A stretch of DNA of 64,000 nt from Candidatus Peribacteraceae bacterium (GTDB lineage Bacteria; Patescibacteriota; Gracilibacteria; Peribacterales; Peribacteraceae), in NCBI GenBank assembly GCA_028699155.1, contig JAQVVD010000002.1:25773-89772 (forward strand), given 5' to 3'. Position numbers and translations under genes: made by a program. How positions within the stretch are numbered: the stretch's first letter is position 1; the number at the start of each line of letters is the position of its first letter. Positions 57,853-64,000 of this stretch are shown in pieces. The notes beneath the pieces were generated by a model. It was given only the letters and a program-made list of their open reading frames with translations, was not told the DNA's origin and did not search any database.

Positions 57853-59027
57853 TTGGCATAGTGGGTACAAACCTTCCTTACCGCCTCCACTATGTCCTGC
57901 GCATCATCATCAGTCATTCCTGTGAACAGCGGCAATGAGATGATTTCTTCGTACGCCTTTTCTGCCACAGGGAACATTCCTTTCTTCGTGCAGAATGTCC
58001 TTTGGTAGAAGGGGTGCAGATGCACCGGAATGTAGTGCACATTCACGCCGATATTTTCCGCACGCAACGCTTCGAACGCCTTTGTGCGGTCTATGCCCAG
58101 CCGCACGACGTAGAGGTGGTAGGCATGCGACACATTATCGCGGACTTTGAGCGGAGTTACCGCCGACATTCCTGCAAACGCCTCGTCGTACATGCCCGCA
58201 ATTTCCTGCCTGCGCTTTGTCCATTTCGGAACATTCTTCAGCTGGCTCATGCCAAGCGCGCATTGAAAATCCGTTAGGCGGTAGTTATAGCCAAGATCCG
58301 TCATTTCGTAGAACCAGGATCCTCTCTCCTGCCGTTCGCGATGGTCGCTTGTGAGACCGTGATTCCTGAATTGCCGCATCTTCTTCGCATAGTCCTCGTT
58401 GTCTGTTGTGATCATTCCGCCTTCGCCCGTTGCAATCGGTTTTACCGCATGGAAACTGAAGGTATTTATATCAGCGAGCGTGCCGACCCTCTTTCCATTC
58501 TCTAATCCGCCAATGGCGTGGCACGCATCATCCACAAGCGGCAAATTATGTTCCCTGGCAATTGTCCGCAGCGCCTCATACTCGCACGGTTGCCCCGCGT
58601 AATCCACGGAGATTATCGCCTTGGTTTTCTCCGTAATCGCCTCTTCGACTTTCGTTGGATCTATGAGGAGCGTATCCGGTTCGCTATCCACGAATACGGG
58701 GGTGCCACCCTGGAACACAATGGCGTTTGCAGTAGATGCAAATGTCATTGTCGGCACTATTACCTCATCTCCTTTCCTTACACCCAATGCGAACATCGCC
58801 GCGTGGAGCGCAGCCGTTCCATTGCTTACAGCAATCGCTTCTTTTGCCCCTGTAAAGGAGGCAAATACTTCTTCAAACTTTCCTACAGTCGGTCCGGTTG
58901 TAAGCCAGTCAGACCGAAGCACTTCTTCCATGGCACGAATGTCATCATCGCTTACCGTCTGTCGGCTGTAGGGGAGCAGCTTCTCCCGCACCGGAGTTCC
59001 GCCGTCGATGGCGAGCTTTTCCTGCAT
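57849..59027 (-). CDS. DegT/DnrJ/EryC1-family PLP aminotransferase (PseC-like)
   Basis: Trimmed to MQEKLAIDGG (ATG 59027). FHAVKPIATGEGG lysine motif. Confidence 0.8.
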   Translation of the reverse strand: MQEKLAIDGGTPVREKLLPYSRQTVSDDDIRAMEEVLRSDWLTTGPTVGKFEEVFASFTGAKEAIAVSNGTAALHAAMFALGVRKGDEVIVPTMTFASTANAIVFQGGTPVFVDSEPDTLLIDPTKVEEAITEKTKAIISVDYAGQPCEYEALRTIAREHNLPLVDDACHAIGGLENGKRVGTLADINTFSFHAVKPIATGEGGMITTDNEDYAKKMRQFRNHGLTSDHRERQERGSWFYEMTDLGYNYRLTDFQCALGMSQLKNVPKWTKRRQEIAGMYDEAFAGMSAVTPLKVRDNVSHAYHLYVVRLGIDRTKAFEALRAENIGVNVHYIPVHLHPFYQRTFCTKKGMFPVAEKAYEEIISLPLFTGMTDDDAQDIVEAVRKVCTHYAK

Positions 59028-59038
59028 TTTCCAAATAG

Positions 59039-60004
59039 CTACATCATCTTTTTCAGCTGATCTACAGTCAGCCATTCCTCATTCGTGTCACTGGCGTATC
59101 TGAATCCGTCAGTGATATTGGACTTCGGCCAACTCTCTTTTCTCCATGTTGTGTTTTCGGGGAAAATCACAAAGGAATCACTGCGTTCCATTGCGTTTCT
59201 GCTCTCATCTTCCGAAAGGAGCACTTCATGCAGTTTTTCCCCCGGGCGAATGCCCACGATTTTCTTCTTGCAGTCGGGAGCCAGTGCCTCGGCAAGATCT
59301 ACGATCTTCATGCTCGGAATTTTCGGTACGAACACTTCGCCGCCGATCATTTCTTCAATCGAGTTGATGACGAACTGCACGCCCTGTTCCAGGGTGATCC
59401 AGAACCGCGTCATGCGTTCATCGGTTATGGTGACTGTGCCCGTTTCTCGCTGTTTCTTAAAGAGAGGGATAACGCTGCCGCGGCTCCCCACTACGTTTCC
59501 GTAGCGCACGCATGCAAAGCGTGTTTTCGCCGTACCGCTGTATGCATTCCCCTGCGTAAACACTTTTTCTGCCACAAGTTTGGTGGCGCCGTATAGATTC
59601 ACGGGATTCACCGCCTTATCCGTGCTCAGTGCCAGCACTTTTTTCACTCCGGAATCCAGCGCGGCTTCTATGATGTTCTCCGCTCCTCCTATGTTCGTTT
59701 TTACGGCCTCAATCGGGTTATATTCACATGCCGGTACATGCTTGAGCGCCGCCGCATGCACCACAATATCCACACCTGTCATCGCCCGGCGCAGCCGGTC
59801 GCGGTCGCGAACGTCTCCGATGAAGTAGCGCATGCGGGGATCATCAAATCCTTCGCGTTGCATCTCATACTGCTTGAGTTCATCGCGGCTGAACACGATT
59901 ACCTTCTTTGGCTTATGCTCTTTCAGCACTGTTTCAATGAATTTTTTCCCGAAGGATCCGGTGCCGCCGGTTACGAGAATTGAGAGAGAATCCAGGTTGC
60001 CCAT
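59039..60004 (-). CDS. pseB: UDP-N-acetylglucosamine 4,6-dehydratase (PseB/FlaA1/CapD-like)
   Basis: Trimmed to MGNLDSLSILVTGGTGSFGKKF. SRDELKQ, STDKAVNPVNLYGATK. Confidence 0.8.
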   Translation of the reverse strand: MGNLDSLSILVTGGTGSFGKKFIETVLKEHKPKKVIVFSRDELKQYEMQREGFDDPRMRYFIGDVRDRDRLRRAMTGVDIVVHAAALKHVPACEYNPIEAVKTNIGGAENIIEAALDSGVKKVLALSTDKAVNPVNLYGATKLVAEKVFTQGNAYSGTAKTRFACVRYGNVVGSRGSVIPLFKKQRETGTVTITDERMTRFWITLEQGVQFVINSIEEMIGGEVFVPKIPSMKIVDLAEALAPDCKKKIVGIRPGEKLHEVLLSEDESRNAMERSDSFVIFPENTTWRKESWPKSNITDGFRYASDTNEEWLTVDQLKKMM

Positions 60005-60036
60005 ATGATGCGAATCGTAGCACAAAACAGGAGAAA

Positions 60037-60984
60037 TTAAGTGATTTTCCGTTGTTTCTCCTTCGGTTTCCATATCAACACTGACGTTGGGTTTAGAGGG
60101 CTTACACCATAGACATCATAATCGTTGCGCAGGATTTCAATATCATTCCGATTTTGTACGATGCTGAGCAGATCTTGATTATAGTCATTCATTTTTGTGT
60201 ATTTCTTCCTCATCATACCCAAGAGCGTATTGTCACAATTTTCATGAATTGGTTCCATATGCACTACTGCAACAAGGCGATCAAAGTATTGTGAAAGTGT
60301 CTGGATCACATTCTCTGCTGTCGGCAACTGTTCGATTGCGTGCCTGGTGATGAGGAGCACCTTCGAGTTCGCACCGCATTGTTCCAGAATGTTGTATGTA
60401 CTGTCATAAAAATTACAGTACTTTACCGAAATCAGTGGCGAGTTCTCATACAGCATACTTGCTGTTTCGATAGCATTTTTCGAGTATTCTCCGCCAATGT
60501 ATTTTTTGCCCGGGTATTTTTTGCTCAGTTCCCAAAGGTTGATTCCGTACCCGCATCCTATTTCAACCACCGTATCAACTTTTTTCATGAAAGGCTTGGC
60601 GTACTTTGTCAGCAGATTCGCATTGAAGTCTGCGATTCGGTCCGCGGGCATTTCGTACAGTTTTCCTTTGCGCGAGATGCAGATCTTGCCAAGATTGCCT
60701 GATCTTAATTCATAATTTTTTACATCACTCGCATCGATAATTTCTTTTTGTCTTTTTACGAACATCAGGCAATCCGCATATTTATCCTTATCGTATTCGC
60801 TATCTATTTTTTCGACTGTTCTTCGGGGGGTTTGCCACCCCTTTATGCCAAGCAATCTTTCTGGCCAGGGTGACCATTGCGGCAATTCATTCAAAGGAAT
60901 TTTCCTTGCGAAGCAGCTCGTTTTAGACATGATTTTTTGCAGGGGATGATGTAACACATTTTTATTCCTTTGCGCATATGGCAT
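60037..60984 (-). CDS. class I SAM-dependent methyltransferase-like protein
   Basis: VVEIGCGYGINLWEL motif I. About 40% GC. Start may be the internal MSKTS (60930). Confidence 0.65.
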   Translation of the reverse strand: MPYAQRNKNVLHHPLQKIMSKTSCFARKIPLNELPQWSPWPERLLGIKGWQTPRRTVEKIDSEYDKDKYADCLMFVKRQKEIIDASDVKNYELRSGNLGKICISRKGKLYEMPADRIADFNANLLTKYAKPFMKKVDTVVEIGCGYGINLWELSKKYPGKKYIGGEYSKNAIETASMLYENSPLISVKYCNFYDSTYNILEQCGANSKVLLITRHAIEQLPTAENVIQTLSQYFDRLVAVVHMEPIHENCDNTLLGMMRKKYTKMNDYNQDLLSIVQNRNDIEILRNDYDVYGVSPLNPTSVLIWKPKEKQRKIT

Positions 60985-60999
60985 TGCAGCCGGATTGTA

Positions 61000-61749
61000 T
61001 CACTTGCGCTGATATTGTTTCCACCTTCTGAAAACGTTTTTGTTCAGCTTCATTATGTCTGGGTTTTCGTCCAGGAATGCGAGCATTTCATGCAGGCTGA
61101 AATTGTTTCGGGGGGCAAAATTATCCACAATTGCTTCGATCACTCTCGCATCTTCTTCCGTATCCACATCCAAGTGGATATCCGGGCGATGTAGGTTTCC
61201 CTGCGCTTCGATATTCATGATTTTGTATATCTCGGGATGCTGCCGCATGCACAACGTCCCGTGTTCACGCACTGCAGGATCCTGCGTGCGTTCCGCCGCT
61301 TCTTTGAGCGTTTGGACGGCAAATACCTCTGCGTAGCATCCCGATGGGTATGACGCCTTCATGTCGTTGCCGATCAGATCATAGGAGTCATCCTGCCGAT
61401 ATATGCCGATAAGCTCATCAATGACTGCGGGATCAATGAGCGGTCCGTCGCCATATACCTGTACTCCGATATCCGCTTTTTCCTGTTCCAACGCTCCGAT
61501 CATGCGTGCGACAACGTCATCTTCCGGCCCTCTATGACAAGAGATGTTTTTCTCTTTGCACAGTTGCGCAAGCACATCATTCTCAGCACCTTCAGGTATT
61601 GCCACCACGATGCCGTCGATTTTTTGGGATTGCCGGACACGGTCAATCAAATGTTCAATCATCGGCTTCCCTCCTATGTCGTGCATGTGTTTGCCCGGGA
61701 GCCGCTCAGACCCCATGCGCGCGGCGATGATCGCAACAATTTTTGGCAT
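61000..61749 (-). CDS. cytidylyltransferase (SpsF/PseF-like, CTP_transf_3)
   Basis: Trimmed to MPKIVAIIAARMGSERLPGKHM, an SpsF-type signature. Confidence 0.75.
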   Translation of the reverse strand: MPKIVAIIAARMGSERLPGKHMHDIGGKPMIEHLIDRVRQSQKIDGIVVAIPEGAENDVLAQLCKEKNISCHRGPEDDVVARMIGALEQEKADIGVQVYGDGPLIDPAVIDELIGIYRQDDSYDLIGNDMKASYPSGCYAEVFAVQTLKEAAERTQDPAVREHGTLCMRQHPEIYKIMNIEAQGNLHRPDIHLDVDTEEDARVIEAIVDNFAPRNNFSLHEMLAFLDENPDIMKLNKNVFRRWKQYQRK

Positions 61750-61843
61750 TGTTTGTACTGTGGAATAGTACTCTCGTATGTGCAAGAGTTTATGGTGAGT
61801 TGCACCCACTTTCTACCTCGTGGGTTTGTAAGACACGATTGGC

Positions 61844-62941
61844 TTACTTCTTCTCTTGTATAGCCAAAAAACGTTGCTGTAACTTCCCTGTAAGATCATG
61901 GATTCTCCTGCTTTGCTCGGCAAGTGTAGCCAGGTATCCTTCCCGATCGTCTGTAATTTCCTGGCAGCAACTCATTCCTCTTTCAATCCACTTAGACGCC
62001 TCTTCTGGTTGCGCAGCAGTTTGGGCGGCCTTGGCTGCAGCCAAACATGCTTCTGCCTGGTGGTATAGCGTATTGCTTACCCAACTTTGCGCAGTTGTAT
62101 TGCCTTGGGAAGCCAGAATCTTCATTTCCGCAGCATCATTTTCAAATTGTGCAACAAGCTGATACGGATCTTGCGCATCATCTTTGAGCAAGCAGAGATT
62201 CCGCGAGTCACGAGCGATACAGGCAGCTCCATCCAGACCTTGTTTTACCGCTACATTCAATGATTTCTGATACAGCTCTGCGGCCTCTTTCCACTCTTCG
62301 GCATACAAATGGATGGTTGCCTGCTCAAAGAGCGTTCGGGCAACCGAGTCCCAATTTTCAACTTGTCCATACTCTTTCAGCACTTCCGCAAACATGTGCT
62401 TTGCCATCGCTATTTGCGCATTTCCATTACTTTTTTGTCCTTGTGCAATCAAATGAAAACCCAACCGCCTCATGCGGTTTCCATTAAATTCCTTCGCTTT
62501 TCGGGCGAAATTTTCCGCTGCAGTGGTTCCTTGTTCCTGCATACACCGTCCCAGGAGAGCAATGAGGAAGTTACTGTCATCAAAATCCCGCACGGTCATG
62601 TTATGCGCCTCTTTAAGCGTAAAATTGCCGCTGCCTTCCTGCTCCGCTTCACGCTCAAAGAAGTATGCGGCAAGTTCGTCCATTGCCTGCTGTGCCGCTT
62701 TTGCATCTACTGCCGCCAATGCATTCCATTGCTGCCGGAATTCCAATAAGTGTCTACGTGCGAATGCATTGTATGTTTCCGCAGTTTCCTGTGCATGCGG
62801 GGCAACCGACTCTTTCACCCCTTTTTGCAGATTGGCTATTAATTCGGCGATATGCCGGGCAACTTCGGCGTCTGCGTCGCTTTTGTTCTGCGGAGCAGTT
62901 TCTGTCGAATCGGGTGTTTCATTCGGTATGGGATCACTCAT
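61844..62941 (-). CDS. hypothetical all-alpha cytoplasmic protein, 365 aa
   Basis: Clean ORF at the head of the minus-strand pse-like operon. No signal peptide. Helical/TPR-like composition. Confidence 0.55.
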   Translation of the reverse strand: MSDPIPNETPDSTETAPQNKSDADAEVARHIAELIANLQKGVKESVAPHAQETAETYNAFARRHLLEFRQQWNALAAVDAKAAQQAMDELAAYFFEREAEQEGSGNFTLKEAHNMTVRDFDDSNFLIALLGRCMQEQGTTAAENFARKAKEFNGNRMRRLGFHLIAQGQKSNGNAQIAMAKHMFAEVLKEYGQVENWDSVARTLFEQATIHLYAEEWKEAAELYQKSLNVAVKQGLDGAACIARDSRNLCLLKDDAQDPYQLVAQFENDAAEMKILASQGNTTAQSWVSNTLYHQAEACLAAAKAAQTAAQPEEASKWIERGMSCCQEITDDREGYLATLAEQSRRIHDLTGKLQQRFLAIQEKK

Positions 62942-63043
62942 AGTTATATGATAATTTAAAAAATAAATATGTCAATTCAACATAAACGTTCCTCGTTGTC
63001 AGATGCTAGGTGCCTTTTTGGTTCCCTACTATTCTTGCCTTCG

Positions 63044-64000
63044 ATGCGCATTGCCCTCTTCTCTTCCACCATTGATGCCAGTGACGGCTATGGAAACATT
63101 ACGTATGAGCTCTCTGCGCACTATGCGAAGCTTGGACTGGATATCACGCTGTTTCTCCCCAGGTCTCAGCAGGAGGTTGCCGATAGGCTCGCTCTGCCGT
63201 TCCCCGTTCGCTGCGAACTGCCCGAGTACATCTTCCGTTTGCACCAGCCGAAGGCGCTCGCTTACTGGCGCAGGGTCGATCTATCAGGATTCGATATCGC
63301 TCATTCCCTCTTCGCATTTCCCTACTGTCTGATTGCGGCGCGTTCCGCCAGGAAGGCGGGTATTCCTTTCATCATGGGGGCGCAGGGGACGCATGGCGTT
63401 CGTCCGCTCACGTACTTTGCGGAGCGGCGTGTACTCAAATGGTGCTATCGCCAGGCGCGGTGCATCGCCGTTCCCAGTGAGTATACGAAGCGGATGATCC
63501 TGCAGTATGCAGAAGAATCATACGACATCCAGGTCATTCATAATGGCGTGCACTTCGACCGGTTCCAGAAACATGTTGATCCAGCTCCGATATGCAAAAA
63601 ATACGGGGATTCCATCAAGCTGCTCACTGTAGGAGGGCTGTGGGGGCGCAAAGGGCATGATATCGTTCTGCGCGCACTGCAGCGGGTTTTGCAGCGCCGC
63701 ACAGACGTGCAGTACATCATCGTCGGGGACGGGAATGCGCGTGCATCATTGCAGGCACTCGCGCAGGAACTGGGTGTTGCTGCGCATGTGGATTTTGCAG
63801 GCCGCCAGTCCGGGGATGACCTTGTCCGCTACTTCCAGGCATGCGATATCTATGTGCACACTCCCAAGGTGACCGACGATCTCAAATTCGAGGGATTCGG
63901 GATCGTCTATCTGGAGGCCAGCGCCTGCGGTAAGCCGATTGTGGCGACCGATGCCGGCGGCATACGCGATGCGGTGCTGGACGGGGAAACCGGCCTCATT
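63044..64000 (+). CDS. GT4-family glycosyltransferase, C-terminus cut by window edge
   Basis: Absent from the ORF track (runs off the window). My translation from ATG 63044: MRIALFSSTIDASDGYGNITYELS...GFGIVYLEASACGKPIVATDAGGIRDAV, stop-free to 64000. Confidence 0.8.
   Translation, partial: MRIALFSSTIDASDGYGNITYELSAHYAKLGLDITLFLPRSQQEVADRLALPFPVRCELPEYIFRLHQPKALAYWRRVDLSGFDIAHSLFAFPYCLIAARSARKAGIPFIMGAQGTHGVRPLTYFAERRVLKWCYRQARCIAVPSEYTKRMILQYAEESYDIQVIHNGVHFDRFQKHVDPAPICKKYGDSIKLLTVGGLWGRKGHDIVLRALQRVLQRRTDVQYIIVGDGNARASLQALAQELGVAAHVDFAGRQSGDDLVRYFQACDIYVHTPKVTDDLKFEGFGIVYLEASACGKPIVATDAGGIRDAVLDGETGLI

Overview
This 64-kb window appears to come from a small-genome, CPR-like bacterium that uses the standard genetic code. 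That placement is an inference from a full-length but very divergent 16S rRNA and from the gene content.

- **Positions 1-9.8 kb (minus strand):** A low-GC polytopic membrane gene runs off the left edge and is missing from the ORF track. Upstream of it lies a five-gene, translationally coupled operon (about 2,900 aa in total). It encodes large, Cys-rich proteins with signal peptides, and I cannot assign any of them to a known family. One carries an HExxH motif. This operon is my best candidate for an undescribed extracellular system.
- **Positions 10-29 kb (housekeeping genes):** These include a two-OB-fold SSB, murB, gltX, a cyclophilin lipoprotein, murG, ftsW, a GT2, tsaB, secA, holB, a TPR protein and a 2Fe-2S ferredoxin. 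sufC and sufB are separated by unrelated small genes.
- **Positions 29.1-32.3 kb:** An AT-rich spacer is followed by two truncated genes (an ABC-transporter TMD and a GT2 N-terminus) joined tail-to-tail. Next comes an orphan 16S rRNA gene (minus strand, about 1.47 kb) with no 23S, 5S or tRNA nearby. It has an 18-bp flanking processing stem and a C-to-U change in the anti-Shine-Dalgarno core.
- **Positions 32.3-64 kb (glycan-biosynthesis island):** It contains GT4 and GT2 glycosyltransferases and a polyprenyl-P-sugar synthase, flippase-like and GT-C module. It also has an MsbA-like ABC exporter and methyltransferases. There are two separate nonulosonic-acid routes:
  - a cytidylyltransferase-HAD fusion next to a NeuB-SAF-cupin fusion;
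  - a PseB/PseC/PseG-GNAT/PseI-type set with extra tailoring enzymes.

  Two paralogous KpsS/KpsC-like putative transferases are also present, and GC content is clearly mosaic.
- **Not found:** I saw no CRISPR array, transposase, integrase or tRNA.

All functional calls rest on my own reading of motifs in the translated ORFs. No database search was run.
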